A DNA stretch of 64,000 bases from Spirochaetia bacterium (GCA_963675665.1 OY776510.1:4896001-4960000); one strand, 5' to 3'. Shown: positions 21,410 through 32,700, counted from the stretch's first letter. A program made the numbers and translations. Notes: generated from the letters alone by a model not told the origin.

Positions 21410-21442
21410 CGGGAGGTCCATATAAAACATATGAACTTCCCG
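21410..21442 (-). terminator. Stem-loop between dctP and dctQ
   Basis: CGGGAGGTCCATAT...ATATGAACTTCCCG imperfect inverted repeat. Confidence 0.5.
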
Positions 21443-21461
21443 ACATAAGTTGCAAATCAAG

Positions 21462-22448
21462 TTATTCGGCTAAAGCAGCCTTTATTTCTTCATAAATACC
21501 AGGAGTCCATTCAGGGAACTGCTTCGGTGTATCTTCGGCAGCTTTTATGAACTCTGTTTTATCAATGTCGAGTATTTTAACGCCGGCTGCCAGGAGTTTA
21601 TCAATGTATACCTGTTCAACGCTAAGTGCGAGTTCAATGGCTTTCTTCGGATAAGCTGAACCAACTGAATCCAATGCATCCTTGGCCTGCTGGGGCAGAT
21701 TATTATAAACCTCTGAGCTCATTACTATCGCAGTTGAAGCTACAAGATGCTCAGTTTTAATAATATACTTGCAGGGCTCATAAAGCTTGGCTGAATAAAG
21801 CAGTGCGTACGGTGACTCTGCGCCGTCAGCAACACCCTGTGATAATGCCTGGTAAACTTCACTCCATGCCGTGTTAGTTGCATTACCGCCGAGAACACGA
21901 ACAACTTCATTCCACCCTTTAGTCGGTGCACAGCGGATTTTAAGTTTGCCAATCTCATCGCGGGAATTAACTTCAGTATTGGCTATCAGGTTCCGGGTTC
22001 CAAAATAATGCAGATCAATCAAGTGCAGACCTTTTTCTTCGAGTTGTGCGCATAGTCTCTGTCCTACATCTGATTTCCAGAATTTTTCAATCTGTTCGGG
22101 GGTCTGAATCAGATACGGTGCCATACCTGCAGCAAAATCAGGAACATAGTTTGCAAGATATGACAGATCACAGTCAACTACAACCGGTTCGCCCTGGGCA
22201 GCCATCTCGAGGACATCGGGCGTCTTGCCTATAGCTTCAGAAGGGTATAAGTCATAAGTAATGGTACCTCCAGACTTTTCACTGATCTCCCCAAAGTACT
22301 CATCATACCACTTAAACTCCGGGTCACTGCTCGATTTTACGAAGTTGAATTTTAAATTTGTTGCGTCTGAACCTTCCTTCTGCCCGCCGCTGAAAACTGT
22401 CCCGACCAGAATCAGTACCATCATTGCCGTAAAAAGTGCTTTTTTCAT
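21462..22448 (-). CDS. dctP: TRAP transporter substrate-binding protein
   Basis: MKKALF...FSGGQKE signal, LKIR, WSEVYQALSQGVADGAE. Start trimmed to 22448 because the ORF-track extension overlaps the operator. Confidence 0.92.
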   Translation of the reverse strand: MKKALFTAMMVLILVGTVFSGGQKEGSDATNLKFNFVKSSSDPEFKWYDEYFGEISEKSGGTITYDLYPSEAIGKTPDVLEMAAQGEPVVVDCDLSYLANYVPDFAAGMAPYLIQTPEQIEKFWKSDVGQRLCAQLEEKGLHLIDLHYFGTRNLIANTEVNSRDEIGKLKIRCAPTKGWNEVVRVLGGNATNTAWSEVYQALSQGVADGAESPYALLYSAKLYEPCKYIIKTEHLVASTAIVMSSEVYNNLPQQAKDALDSVGSAYPKKAIELALSVEQVYIDKLLAAGVKILDIDKTEFIKAAEDTPKQFPEWTPGIYEEIKAALAE

Positions 22449-22497
22449 AACTACTTGTCTCCTTTTCTTGATCTCTTTTCCAAAATGGATAGATCGT

Positions 22498-22568
22498 GTT
22501 GTTTCACGTAACCGGTTACGGTACCGGTTACGTGAAACAACTCTAAACCACAAAATACCAGTTGTCAA
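22498..22568 (-). promoter_or_regulatory. Sigma70-like promoter with double LacI-type operator, paralogous to 13270-13343
   Basis: TTGACA-17 bp-TAGAGT (-35 at 22563-22568); GTAACCGGTTAC + GGTACCGGTTAC inside a 19-bp-arm palindrome at 22498-22541. Confidence 0.8.
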
Positions 22569-22663
22569 GTTTTTTCTAACAGATTAATTGTAAAAGATTG
22601 TTTTTATATTAAATTCTGGTCGTCTTCTTTTTTTGAGCTGATCCTGAGGTGAATCTTCGATAT

Positions 22664-24178
22664 CTATTTCTTCTTGTTCGGCGGAAACGGATTTATCTTG
22701 TCAAACTGTTCGCCGCTGTCGGTCCAGTACATTCCGCCCGGACGGTATACACGAACCTCAAAATGCAGATGCGGCCCGGTTGATTTTCCCGTATTGCCGA
22801 TAAGACCTATTTTCTCGGCTTTATTCACCCAGTCGTTCGGAAGGACAACGGGTTCTTCATGCAGATGGGCATAAAAAGTCGACCACGCTTCCGCATCCGG
22901 ATACAAAGTCTTAACCTCTTTTGAAAGGGCATGCTCAATTTCTACCGTCCAGCCGTAGTGTTCGTCATCATGGGTTATTTCTTTCACAACGCCTTCGAAA
23001 GCCGCGGCAACATTACCGGCAGGCATTCCTTCACGGATTATTTCACCTGCATAAGATATAAAATCAATATTACCGACATTAATAATATCAACAGCATAAT
23101 GCGGGGCAATACCCCCTGAACCGAGCGGATCTTCACGAGTATCCATATAACCGTCGGTAATTCTGAAACCGCGGCCGTTGTTACCCATAGCTTCAATTGC
23201 TACAGGGTATGCCATTCCGTCAAAAACCGGTTTATATCTGCTTAAAGGGATAACACGCTGCTCTTCGGTAGCCAGGAAAATTCGCGCCTGATACTCTTCC
23301 GACGGCAACTTGGACATTTCATAAATTATCTCGCCGTATGAAACAGCTTCCTTAATGTTTGATGCAATAAGCTTGTAGGCTTCTTTTCGGGCAGGCAAAT
23401 ACTTGGTCAATTCTTCAGACAACCGCATCACATTTGCATAGGCATTATGACGGTTGAATTCGAAGTCGCTTCTTGAACGTTCAAGGTTTTCCTTCAATAC
23501 TTCAAGATCACCCTCGGCTTCAACCATAAAGCTGTCAAGGTTCTGTACCTGTCCCTTTATCTGAAGCAGATATTCATCCATGGTACTGCCCAGATCATTC
23601 TGGATTCTGTTAACCTGGATAAAATATCCGGCTACAAAAACGGCAAGGACAAGAACTGCAAATGATAAAACGGGGACAAAGACGGCCGGATGAAGGGCCA
23701 GCTCATGATAAACACCGCTGAAAAACCTTCTTACAGGGCCTTTGGGCTTTGTATAGGCGGCATAACTGTCATTATATTCCAGTGTAAGTATTTCTTCTTC
23801 AAAATACAGGTGTGAATTATTGCCTTTCATAAAAACAGTATCAATTCCGGCATGCAGTTCGGCAAGTTCATCGGCAAGATCAACCAGAACTATCTGTTTT
23901 CCGTCCTTTTCAAGGCTTAAAACCTGCCATTCCTGATCTTTTCTGAACGTCCAGTTTCGGAATATCCGGTTAATACCGTCGGATGAGGTAAGAATTTCCT
24001 GAATATGTAAATTCCTTTCATTTATCCTGGTTATCAGGATATGGAAGCGCCCGCTGCGCCGCTTTCCCCTGAAATCGATGATTGGTGTAGAGAAAGAACG
24101 CGATCCGCCCAGCCATATCGCGGCGGATTCAATAATGCGTTTTATCATGTTGCTGGTATAAACAGATTCTTTTGCCAT
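22664..24178 (-). CDS. Membrane-anchored M23 family metallopeptidase
   Basis: HYAVD, YAHL, GNTGKSTGPHLHFEVR; one TM helix and a coiled coil. Confidence 0.85.
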   Translation of the reverse strand: MAKESVYTSNMIKRIIESAAIWLGGSRSFSTPIIDFRGKRRSGRFHILITRINERNLHIQEILTSSDGINRIFRNWTFRKDQEWQVLSLEKDGKQIVLVDLADELAELHAGIDTVFMKGNNSHLYFEEEILTLEYNDSYAAYTKPKGPVRRFFSGVYHELALHPAVFVPVLSFAVLVLAVFVAGYFIQVNRIQNDLGSTMDEYLLQIKGQVQNLDSFMVEAEGDLEVLKENLERSRSDFEFNRHNAYANVMRLSEELTKYLPARKEAYKLIASNIKEAVSYGEIIYEMSKLPSEEYQARIFLATEEQRVIPLSRYKPVFDGMAYPVAIEAMGNNGRGFRITDGYMDTREDPLGSGGIAPHYAVDIINVGNIDFISYAGEIIREGMPAGNVAAAFEGVVKEITHDDEHYGWTVEIEHALSKEVKTLYPDAEAWSTFYAHLHEEPVVLPNDWVNKAEKIGLIGNTGKSTGPHLHFEVRVYRPGGMYWTDSGEQFDKINPFPPNKKK

Positions 24179-24345
24179 TGTCCTTAAAAATTATAGTATC
24201 CTGTGGTACTGAATGTCTACATCATTGGTTGGGTAAAACTGGTGTAGGGTTAAAATAATATAATTTTATATAGTTTTCAAGATGGAAAACCGACAGAATA
24301 AATTTTACCAGTCAACGACTGATAAAAAAACCGAGTACAGCTGTC

Positions 24346-27060
24346 TCAGGGCTTCATCAGACTGACGAACAACTTCGCAAGCCTCGGATCAAACTGGGTA
24401 CCGGAACAACGCTCTATCTCTTTAAGCGCTACTTCAGACGGGACACCGTCTTTATACACTCTTCCGTTTGTAATCACGTCATAAGTGTCGATAATACTTA
24501 TAATCCTTGAAAGCTCCGGAATTTCTTCCCCTTTCAACCCTCTGGGATACCCGTTGCCGTCCCATCTTTCATGGTGGCACAAGATATACTCGGCGATACT
24601 TGTCAGCTCAATAGAAGACTGTGCTATTCTGTATCCTGCTTCAGGGTGTTTTTTTATTTCCAGCCAGTCTTCTTCAGTTAACTTTTCTTTTTTACCCAGG
24701 ATATTCGACGGCACTGCAATCTTACCCATGTCATGCATAATCGCCAGAAGGTTTAAATCAGACTGCAGGTTTGAAGGAAGATTGATTGCCTTACCGAAGA
24801 TGGTAGCATATTGATTCATACGTTTTGTATGAGCTTCGGTTTCAAAACTTTTTTCAAACATGGTCTTCTTAAGTGAGGAAAGAATATCGCTGCGAACGCT
24901 TCTGTCGTCAAGAAGCTTCTGCCTGTACATTCTGTCTTCCGCTTCTCTGACAATATCATCCATTAATTCATCAGTTGTGTTTTTTGTTGCGCTTCCCAAT
25001 GCAATACTAGGAGAAATTGTACTGTCCTTTCTTCGATCACATTTTGAACGGATTCTGTCGCAGATCCTGTCTGCAATTTTCTGGTCGGTCGACGGAAGAA
25101 TAATAGAGAACTCATCCCCGCCCCACCGTGCGATCACGTCTTCTTCCCGGCAGCAACTGACTATGATTTCGGCTATACAATTCAGTAATTTATCCCCTTC
25201 CTTATGACCGAAGACATCATTAGCCATTTTCAAACCGTTGACATCTCCCATTATCACAGACAACGGAAGCTGCCGTTCCGTGTCCAGGCGGCTAAGCTCT
25301 ACCTCCATAAAGGCCCTGTTGTATACTCCGGTAAGAGAATCATGGAAACTCAAAAACTTGATTTCTTTCTGCCTGGCGCTTTCCTCGGTAATATCTCTGA
25401 ATATCATGGCGCATCCGGCGCCTTCGCGACCGAAACTGGGAATAGAGGTACTTGATATCGAAAAGATTCGATGATTACCGTCCGGATGCAGATAATCTGC
25501 TTTACGATATTCCTGGCCATACAGAACCTGGATATATCTGAGCTCTTCCAGATTAATAACGCGGTTGTCATTTTCGCTTTTAATTTCTACAGCATCTTCC
25601 AGCAGTTTCCCGTGAACGTCCGGTCTTTCAATTCCAAGAAGTTTAAGAGCACTGTCATTAACAAACTCAACCCTGCCGCGGGAATTCATGGAAATGAATC
25701 CGTCGCCTATGGACATCAGAGTAAGTGCAAGAATTTCTTTTTCCCTTTCAAGTTCGCGTCTTGATTTTATTGCCTCAAGCGCCCCTACACACATCTCGGC
25801 CGCCAGACGGAAAAAATCGCCGTCAACAGACGACCAGACTTCTGAAGGTTTTTCTCTTACAAGATACAGAGATCCTCCGATATTGTTTCGATGATACAGA
25901 GCAACACAAATAATTGCTCCGATTTTATTTTCAAGAAAAACATTCATATGTTTCTTCAGTTTACGATTCATTTTTGAGGTATCAGAAATAATTATAATCC
26001 CGTTTTCATAAAAATCTTCAATACCTCCCGGCAAAATATCGTCTGCAGCTCCGTAATCTCCGAAAAAATTGCTGTCAAAATTTTCAGGATATGAATACAT
26101 GGTACCGTCATCAATAGAAAGAAGATCATTTGTCAGCAGAACTGCCCTGTCGGCATCTGCTTTGGCACCGATTATCTTAAGGGCATCAATAAGCCCTGCA
26201 GCCAGATTGGAGGTTTCAGTGGTCATAAAAATATTGGAAACTTCCAAAAGGGTTTTTTCGGTTCTTATATGATTTTCCAGGGAAAGCTGCAATTCTTTAG
26301 ACTCGGTAATATCAAGAATAGTACCAATAACACGGCTGGCATTTCCTGATTCATCGTACTCAATTCGTCCCTGGTCTCTGATCCATACAATTGAATCCCT
26401 GGCTACTTTAAGAGGGTACTCCGTCCTGTATGTTTCCTGCCTGGAGGCGAAAGCTTCATTCTGCCCCTTTACAAGAAGGTCTCTGTCGTCGGGAAGAATA
26501 AGCGATCGATAAAATTCCTGAGTCGGTTCGAATTCTCCCGGCGCAAAACCAAGAAGCCTGAATGTCTGTGCAGACCAGTACGACTTATCGGTTTTAACAT
26601 CCCATTCCCAGTCTCCAAGATTTCCGAGTATCTGGGCTTCAACCAGTCTTTTCTGACTCTTTAAAAACTCCAGTTCCACTTCTTTTTTGCCTGTAATATC
26701 CTGCCCGATAGACTGGTAACCTATCAGAGCGCCCTTTTCATTGTAAATTCCCTTGTCAATCCATGAAAACCAATGCACTTTGCCTGTTCTATCAGTATGG
26801 CGGTTTTCCATATCGAAGCTTCTTTTTTCTTCATTTATGCTTTTTATAAGATCATAAAAAGGACCTTTCACTTCATCCAGCATAAAATCCAGAATTGATT
26901 TCCCGATATAGCTTTTTTCATCGGTCAGGCCCATAAAATCCCGGCCAAAAGAATTGATATACAAAATTTTTAACTCAAGATCAAAATAAGTAACATGAAA
27001 CGGTGATTGGTCTATGAGAAGCTTGTAATGTTGATCAAGATTAATACAATCTTTTTCCAA
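24346..27060 (-). CDS. PAS/GAF sensor with GGDEF and HD-GYP domains (c-di-GMP turnover)
   Basis: PAS/PAC repeats, HDSLTGVYNR, RWGGDEF, HDMGK, HHERWDGNGYP. Confidence 0.92.
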   Translation of the reverse strand: MEKDCINLDQHYKLLIDQSPFHVTYFDLELKILYINSFGRDFMGLTDEKSYIGKSILDFMLDEVKGPFYDLIKSINEEKRSFDMENRHTDRTGKVHWFSWIDKGIYNEKGALIGYQSIGQDITGKKEVELEFLKSQKRLVEAQILGNLGDWEWDVKTDKSYWSAQTFRLLGFAPGEFEPTQEFYRSLILPDDRDLLVKGQNEAFASRQETYRTEYPLKVARDSIVWIRDQGRIEYDESGNASRVIGTILDITESKELQLSLENHIRTEKTLLEVSNIFMTTETSNLAAGLIDALKIIGAKADADRAVLLTNDLLSIDDGTMYSYPENFDSNFFGDYGAADDILPGGIEDFYENGIIIISDTSKMNRKLKKHMNVFLENKIGAIICVALYHRNNIGGSLYLVREKPSEVWSSVDGDFFRLAAEMCVGALEAIKSRRELEREKEILALTLMSIGDGFISMNSRGRVEFVNDSALKLLGIERPDVHGKLLEDAVEIKSENDNRVINLEELRYIQVLYGQEYRKADYLHPDGNHRIFSISSTSIPSFGREGAGCAMIFRDITEESARQKEIKFLSFHDSLTGVYNRAFMEVELSRLDTERQLPLSVIMGDVNGLKMANDVFGHKEGDKLLNCIAEIIVSCCREEDVIARWGGDEFSIILPSTDQKIADRICDRIRSKCDRRKDSTISPSIALGSATKNTTDELMDDIVREAEDRMYRQKLLDDRSVRSDILSSLKKTMFEKSFETEAHTKRMNQYATIFGKAINLPSNLQSDLNLLAIMHDMGKIAVPSNILGKKEKLTEEDWLEIKKHPEAGYRIAQSSIELTSIAEYILCHHERWDGNGYPRGLKGEEIPELSRIISIIDTYDVITNGRVYKDGVPSEVALKEIERCSGTQFDPRLAKLFVSLMKP

Positions 27061-27150
27061 AATTCTAACCTGTTAAAAAATGTTTCGTTAATTATACTAT
27101 CCTAATTAATCAAACCTGACAATTGTGTTTTTTTAGTTGAAAATAATCAT

Positions 27151-27187
27151 AAAAAAAGCGGTTTGACGTCAAAGACGGCAAACCGCA
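27151..27187 (-). terminator. Intrinsic terminator of the 4-hydroxybutyrate operon
   Basis: Minus strand GCGGTTTGCCGTC-TTT-GACGTCAAACCGC followed by T7. Confidence 0.75.
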
Positions 27188-27237
27188 TGTTAATTTTCAA
27201 CCTTCGCCTGCCGGCGCTTATGCCGGAACCATGGAGT

Positions 27238-28377
27238 CTACCTATTCCATGCTTCAGTGTAAATGTTAAAAGCGTCTTCCTGGGTAACTTCGCGGGGATT
27301 GTTAACCAGGAGCCTTGTCTGATCCATGACCGAAACCGACATCGGTTTGATTGCATCTTCAGGAATATCTATCGCCTTGAGATTGCGCGGCAGCTTTACA
27401 TCTTCGCAGAGCTTTTCAACCTCGGATATACAATCCTGCCAGTCTGCCCCCTGTCTGCCGGTCATTATCTCGGCAACATGTCCGAAACGGTCTTTCATCG
27501 CAGCAGCATTAAACTTGATTATAACAGGCAGCATAAGACTGTTCGCCATTCCGTGAGGAACATGAAACATTCCGCCCAAAGGATAGGCAAACGCATGAAC
27601 TGCGGTTACACCTGCGTTGGCAAACGCAATTCCGGCCAAAAGGCTTCCAAGAAGCATCTTCTCACGAGCTTCCATATCGGAACCGTTGTTGTACGCAGTA
27701 CGAATATTCTGTGAGATAAGCTCTATCGCTTTCACAGCCACTGCATCACTATAGTCATTTGCATTAGCGGAAGTATAAGCCTCAACACAGTGACACAGGG
27801 CATCCATTCCTGTGGGCGCTGTTATATGAGGAGGAAGCCCCACTGTCAGCTCCGGATCAAGAAACGCAAATTTCGGCATAATATAAGCTGAACCGAACCC
27901 TTTTTTCGTCTCATTTTCAAGATCAGAAAGGATTGACAGGTATGTAACCTCAGAGCCTGTTCCTGCAGTAGTAGGTATTGCAAAAATAGGCAAGCCGGGT
28001 TTTGGAAGAATCCCGACACCGAGATAATTTCTGATACTTCCTTCATTACCGACAAGCGCGGCAGCGACCTTCGCTGAATCAATTGAAGATCCGCCTCCCA
28101 GACCGATTACCGCCTGAGCACCGCTTTTGCGTGCTTTATCCGCTATGCTGTCTACAAGCTGCATTGACGGATCAGGCTTTACCTCATCAATCAGAATTAC
28201 TTCCTTGCCTGCATCCTTCAGGATTTTTTCAACCCTTGTATAAATACCAACTTTTATTATTCCGGGGTCGGTAACTACCATGACCTTGTCTGCACCTACA
28301 GAATCAAGCGCTGCAGGAATTTCAGCTATTGAATTTTTTCCAATTTTAACTTGCGGCACCGGCCATATATTCATCAT
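27238..28377 (-). CDS. Iron-containing alcohol dehydrogenase, probably 4-hydroxybutyrate dehydrogenase
   Basis: GGGSSIDSAK, PTTAGTGSE, DALCH, HAFAY...HG; context with gabT/abfD/abfT. Confidence 0.8.
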   Translation of the reverse strand: MMNIWPVPQVKIGKNSIAEIPAALDSVGADKVMVVTDPGIIKVGIYTRVEKILKDAGKEVILIDEVKPDPSMQLVDSIADKARKSGAQAVIGLGGGSSIDSAKVAAALVGNEGSIRNYLGVGILPKPGLPIFAIPTTAGTGSEVTYLSILSDLENETKKGFGSAYIMPKFAFLDPELTVGLPPHITAPTGMDALCHCVEAYTSANANDYSDAVAVKAIELISQNIRTAYNNGSDMEAREKMLLGSLLAGIAFANAGVTAVHAFAYPLGGMFHVPHGMANSLMLPVIIKFNAAAMKDRFGHVAEIMTGRQGADWQDCISEVEKLCEDVKLPRNLKAIDIPEDAIKPMSVSVMDQTRLLVNNPREVTQEDAFNIYTEAWNR

Positions 28378-28386
28378 ATCTGTCTC

Positions 28387-29238
28387 CTAATTATAATTAT
28401 AAAAACCCTTTCCGGATTTTCTTCCAAGGTATCCTGCAGCAACCATCTTGCGAAGCAGGGGATAAGGTCTGTATTTGGGATCACCGAAATCGTTATACAG
28501 TACTTCCATTATCTTTAAACAGACATCGAGCCCAATCAAATCAGCAAGCGCCAGAGGGCCTATCGGGTGATTTGCGCCGAGCTTCATTATTTCATCAATT
28601 GCCGCAGCATCTGCAAGTCCGTCGGCAAGACAGCCTACACCTTCGTTTATCATCGGAATCAGAACCCTGTTAAGCACAAAACCGGGCGCATCCTGAACCA
28701 TTACGGCAGTTTTGCCTATCTTTTCTGAAACTTCCTTAACTGCGTCAATTACTTCCTGTCTGGTCTGCAGCGCAGCTATAACCTCAATGAGTTTCATTAC
28801 CGGAACCGGGTTCATAAAATGCATACCGATCATTCTGTCGGGATTTGTTGCGTATGTGGCGATCTCGGTTACTGATATTGTAGAAGTATTTGTTGCAAGA
28901 ATGCAAATATCGGACACAATCCCCGACAGTGTTTCAAATACGGTTTTTTTAATTTCCCTGTCTTCAGCAACTGCCTCAATTACCATATCGCATTCTTTAA
29001 AATCATTTACATCGGTTGATGTACTGATTTTGTCGAGGGCGGCTTTTTTTGCGTCTTCAGTTATTCTTTCCTTCGAAACCATTCTGTCGAGATTTTTCGT
29101 AACAGTTGCAACCGCCTTGTCGACAGTCTCCTGTCTTCTTGATACAAGCTGCACGTTATAACCGGCCTGCGCGCAAACCTGAACTATACCGTTACCCATT
29201 GTCCCGCCGCCGTAAACTCCTATTGTCTTAATATCCAT
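28387..29238 (-). CDS. hbd: 3-hydroxybutyryl-CoA dehydrogenase
   Basis: [45 protein letters not shown]. Confidence 0.93.
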   Translation of the reverse strand: MDIKTIGVYGGGTMGNGIVQVCAQAGYNVQLVSRRQETVDKAVATVTKNLDRMVSKERITEDAKKAALDKISTSTDVNDFKECDMVIEAVAEDREIKKTVFETLSGIVSDICILATNTSTISVTEIATYATNPDRMIGMHFMNPVPVMKLIEVIAALQTRQEVIDAVKEVSEKIGKTAVMVQDAPGFVLNRVLIPMINEGVGCLADGLADAAAIDEIMKLGANHPIGPLALADLIGLDVCLKIMEVLYNDFGDPKYRPYPLLRKMVAAGYLGRKSGKGFYNYN

Positions 29239-29288
29239 TATTTACTCCTGAAAATTTATTCTCACCGTAAACGGCAATAATACTATCC

Positions 29289-29379
29289 CCGCCATGGAAG
29301 GCGGATAAGCTTGATGAAGTTTGGAGAACTTATCTCCAAACTTCAGAAACGGTTTAAACATGGATGTTTAAACCGTTTC
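29289..29379 (-). repeat. Structured intergenic element E1 (three hairpins)
   Basis: GAAACGGTTTAAAC-ATCCAT-GTTTAAACCGTTTC, T, GAAGTTTGGAGA-TAAGT-TCTCCAAACTTC, CCGCC-TTCCAT-GGCGG. The first arm contains the thiolase stop codon. Confidence 0.8.
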
Positions 29380-30549
29380 CACACAAAGAGCTACACCCAT
29401 ACCGCCGCCGATACACAGGGTAGCAAGACCTTTTTTAAGGCCGCGTTTTTTCATCTCATACAGCAGGGTAACGAGAATTCTTGCTCCGCTGGCCCCAATC
29501 GGATGGCCTATTGATATAGCGCCTCCGTTTACGTTTATCTTGCTCGCGTCCCATCCGAGTTCCCTGTTTACCGAGAGAGACTGCGCGGCGAAGGCTTCGT
29601 TTGCCTCAATCAGCTCGAGATCATCAATACTCCAGCCGGCCTTGGCCAGCGCGTTTCTGACGGCTTCTACCGGTCCGATACCCATTATCGCGGGATCTAC
29701 ACCTGCCCAGCCGTAACCTGCAATCCTGGCCATCGGTTTAAGGCCTTTTTCCTTAACCGCGTCTTCACCGGCAACAAGCAGGATCGCAGCTCCGTCGTTG
29801 ATGCCTGAAGCGTTGCCCGCAGTTACTGTTCCGTCTTTCTTGAAAGCGGGACGAAGCTTTGCAAGACTTTCGGCTGTTACGCCCGCGCGGGGGAATTCAT
29901 CAGTGTCGAATACGATCGGATCGCCCTTTCTCTGGGGAATCTCGAACGGCATAATTTCGTCTTTGAATTTTCCATCCCTGATAGCCGCCTCTGTCTTGTT
30001 CTGTGAACCGGCGGCAAATGCGTCCTGTTCTTCACGGCTGATATTATATTTTTCAGCAAGATTTTCCGCTGTAATTCCCATGTGATAGTCGTTGTACTTT
30101 TCCCAAAGACCGTCGTAAACCATTGCGTCAACAATTTTACCGTCGCCCATTCTGTACCCGTTCCTGGCCTTGGGAAGCAGATAAGGTGCTATAGACATAT
30201 TCTCGGTCCCGCCTGCGACTACGATGTCGGCATCTTCGCACTTGATTGCCTGCGCAGCGGCGGCAACGGTCCTGAGTCCGGATCCGCAAACCATATTGAC
30301 TGTCTGTGCGGTTTTCTCCTGCGGAATGTCCGAATAGATCAGAGCCTGTCTTGCGCAGTTCTGTCCCTGTCCGGCCTGAAGCACGTTGCCCAGGATTACT
30401 TCGTCAACATCTGCTCCTTCAAGATTATTCCTTTTCAGGACCTCTTTTATTACCGGTGCGGCAATCTTTGCCGCCTGGATTTCGGATAGAGTTCCCCCGA
30501 AATTCCCAACTGCTGTTCTCAACGCATCTACAATGTAAACTTCTTTCAT
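29368..30549 (-). CDS. thlA: Acetyl-CoA C-acetyltransferase (thiolase)
   Basis: [28 protein letters not shown]. Confidence 0.93.
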   Translation of the reverse strand: MKEVYIVDALRTAVGNFGGTLSEIQAAKIAAPVIKEVLKRNNLEGADVDEVILGNVLQAGQGQNCARQALIYSDIPQEKTAQTVNMVCGSGLRTVAAAAQAIKCEDADIVVAGGTENMSIAPYLLPKARNGYRMGDGKIVDAMVYDGLWEKYNDYHMGITAENLAEKYNISREEQDAFAAGSQNKTEAAIRDGKFKDEIMPFEIPQRKGDPIVFDTDEFPRAGVTAESLAKLRPAFKKDGTVTAGNASGINDGAAILLVAGEDAVKEKGLKPMARIAGYGWAGVDPAIMGIGPVEAVRNALAKAGWSIDDLELIEANEAFAAQSLSVNRELGWDASKINVNGGAISIGHPIGASGARILVTLLYEMKKRGLKKGLATLCIGGGMGVALCVETV

Positions 30550-31340
30550 TCTTTTTCCCTCCATATCGGTTTTCTTTTATTTAAAAACGCATCTGTTCCT
30601 TCCCGCATATCATTATGAGAGAAGATCAATCCGAATTTATTCATTTCATAAGCAGTCATCACTGCAGGATCATTATCAACCGCAAGGTTCAACAGCTCCT
30701 TGGCCTCTGCTACCGAATTGGGACTTGTTTTTTCCATTTCTTCAGAGACTGCAATAACTTCATCAATAAGTGTATCCGGTTCACATACCCTGTTTACTAT
30801 TCCCAGATTGAGCGCTTCTTCAGCAGTTACCATTCTTCCGGTAAAAACAAGTTCTTTTGCTGCAGCTTTTCCTATCCGATCGGTCAGCCGTTTATGGCCG
30901 CCGAATCCGGGAATCAGACCCAATGTCGCCTCAGGCAATCCTAACCTGGCTTTTTTGGAAGCGTAAGCAAAATCACAGGCGAGAACAGTCTCCAGGCCTC
31001 CTCCGAGGGCAAAACCGTTAACAGCCGCTATGGTCGGAAGCCTGAGGTTCTCAAGCTTTAAAAATACCGAATTGCCCAGCCTGCTGAACTCCGATGCTTC
31101 AACAGGCGTTTTTTTATTCATCTCGGCAATATCGGCTCCGGCAATGAAGGCCTTGCCGGCTCCGGTAAGGATAAGGCTTCGTATCGTCCTGTCGGCAAGC
31201 GCCTCGGCCTCAATTTCATCGAGAGCTGCTGATAGTTCAAACAGGACCTCTGAGCTCAGAGAATTCAGGGTGTTCTCATCTGTAAAAGTCAGAATAACGG
31301 TGTTGGAAACCCTCTCATATTTTAAATGCTTATAATCCAT
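30546..31340 (-). CDS. crt: Enoyl-CoA hydratase (crotonase)
   Basis: [31 protein letters not shown]. Confidence 0.9.
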   Translation of the reverse strand: MDYKHLKYERVSNTVILTFTDENTLNSLSSEVLFELSAALDEIEAEALADRTIRSLILTGAGKAFIAGADIAEMNKKTPVEASEFSRLGNSVFLKLENLRLPTIAAVNGFALGGGLETVLACDFAYASKKARLGLPEATLGLIPGFGGHKRLTDRIGKAAAKELVFTGRMVTAEEALNLGIVNRVCEPDTLIDEVIAVSEEMEKTSPNSVAEAKELLNLAVDNDPAVMTAYEMNKFGLIFSHNDMREGTDAFLNKRKPIWREKE

Positions 31341-31354
31341 AATCCCCCGCCCTT

Positions 31355-32638
31355 TTATTTAAGGCTTTTCCGGAGCTCATCGCGAAAATCAGGATGAGCA
31401 ATATTTATCAATGCTTCAGCACGCTCCCTGTTGCTTTTGCCCTTTAAATGCGCTATTCCGTATTCGGTTACGATATAATCAACGTCATGACGCGAAGTCG
31501 TTACGCATGCGCCTTCATTCAGACGAATTACAATTCGGGATATTGTTCCGTTTTTACCTGTCGACGGAAAAGCAATTATCGATTTGCCGCCTTCCGAATG
31601 CATTGCCGAACGAACAAAATCAACCTGTCCGCCTACAGCCGAAAACTGTTTCGGACCAATCATATCGGCAGCAACCTGGCCAAAAAGATCAACCTCAATT
31701 GCGGAGTTTATCGATATAAGGTTTTTCAGTCTGCCTGCAACCAGAACGCTGTTTGTATAATCAACCGGTTTCATCAGTACGGCAGGGTTATCATTTACAA
31801 AATCATAAAGCCTTTTTGTTCCCATCAGAAAGGTTGCTACGAATTTACCGGGATTAATATTGTTGTATTTATTGGTTACAATACCTTTTTCATAAAGATC
31901 CACAACCCCGTCGCTGAACATTTCGGTATGGATTCCCAAATCCTTCTTCTCTGTAAGGAAATGCAGAACCGCATCGGGAATCGCACCGATTCCGAGTTGA
32001 AGGGTCGCCCTGTCGGGGATAAGTCCTGCAATATGACTGCCGATTTTTTCTTCAATCTCGCCGATTTTCGGAAGCGGGATTTCGATCGGATCGTAATTGG
32101 TTTCTACTATATAATCTACTTCCGACACATGGATAAATGAACCATGTGTACGCGGCATTTTCGGGTTCACCTCTGCTACTACAACCCTTGCTTTTTCAGC
32201 GGCCTGCATTGTGTAATCCACCGATATCCCGTAACTCATAAAACCATGCTCATCCGGAGGCGAAACCATTATGAACGCTACATCCGAATCAATAGAACCG
32301 TCGCGGATACGTCCCGGAAGTTCGGAAAAGAAGCACGGAATAAAATCTCCCCGCCCTTCATTGATCGACCCCCTGGTTGGGCCTCCCGCAAATATTGTTG
32401 TATGTTTGAATGTTCCTTCCCATTCCGGCCCGCAATACCAGCAGTCGTGAAGCGGAACCATATGGAAGACTCTGACGTCTTTAAGTTTATCCGCGTGATT
32501 TTTTAATTCATTTGTAAGCTCAACCGGCACTCCGGCGCAGTGACCGAGGACAATCTGGTCTCCGGATCTTACGCTTTTTTCAACAGCCGTCTTGAGATCT
32601 GTTTTCTTGTTGTTGTACAGAATCTTCCAGTCTGCCAT
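31355..32638 (-). CDS. abfT: 4-hydroxybutyrate CoA-transferase (acetyl-CoA hydrolase/transferase family)
   Basis: TLQLGIGAIP, GIHTEMFSDG, GGQVDF, VTEYGIA; context. Confidence 0.85.
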   Translation of the reverse strand: MADWKILYNNKKTDLKTAVEKSVRSGDQIVLGHCAGVPVELTNELKNHADKLKDVRVFHMVPLHDCWYCGPEWEGTFKHTTIFAGGPTRGSINEGRGDFIPCFFSELPGRIRDGSIDSDVAFIMVSPPDEHGFMSYGISVDYTMQAAEKARVVVAEVNPKMPRTHGSFIHVSEVDYIVETNYDPIEIPLPKIGEIEEKIGSHIAGLIPDRATLQLGIGAIPDAVLHFLTEKKDLGIHTEMFSDGVVDLYEKGIVTNKYNNINPGKFVATFLMGTKRLYDFVNDNPAVLMKPVDYTNSVLVAGRLKNLISINSAIEVDLFGQVAADMIGPKQFSAVGGQVDFVRSAMHSEGGKSIIAFPSTGKNGTISRIVIRLNEGACVTTSRHDVDYIVTEYGIAHLKGKSNRERAEALINIAHPDFRDELRKSLK

Positions 32639-32700
32639 ATCTAACTCCTATAAAAAGTCAACCACAAGCTAAAAATATAAGCTTATGATCTAGTCGGATA

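Noticed and set aside
22449-22568. ORF-track N-terminal extension of DctP (similarly 41106-41348, 3330-3449, 59811-59915)
   Set aside because: The extensions run through promoter/operator or neighbouring genes; better starts with RBS or signal peptides lie downstream.
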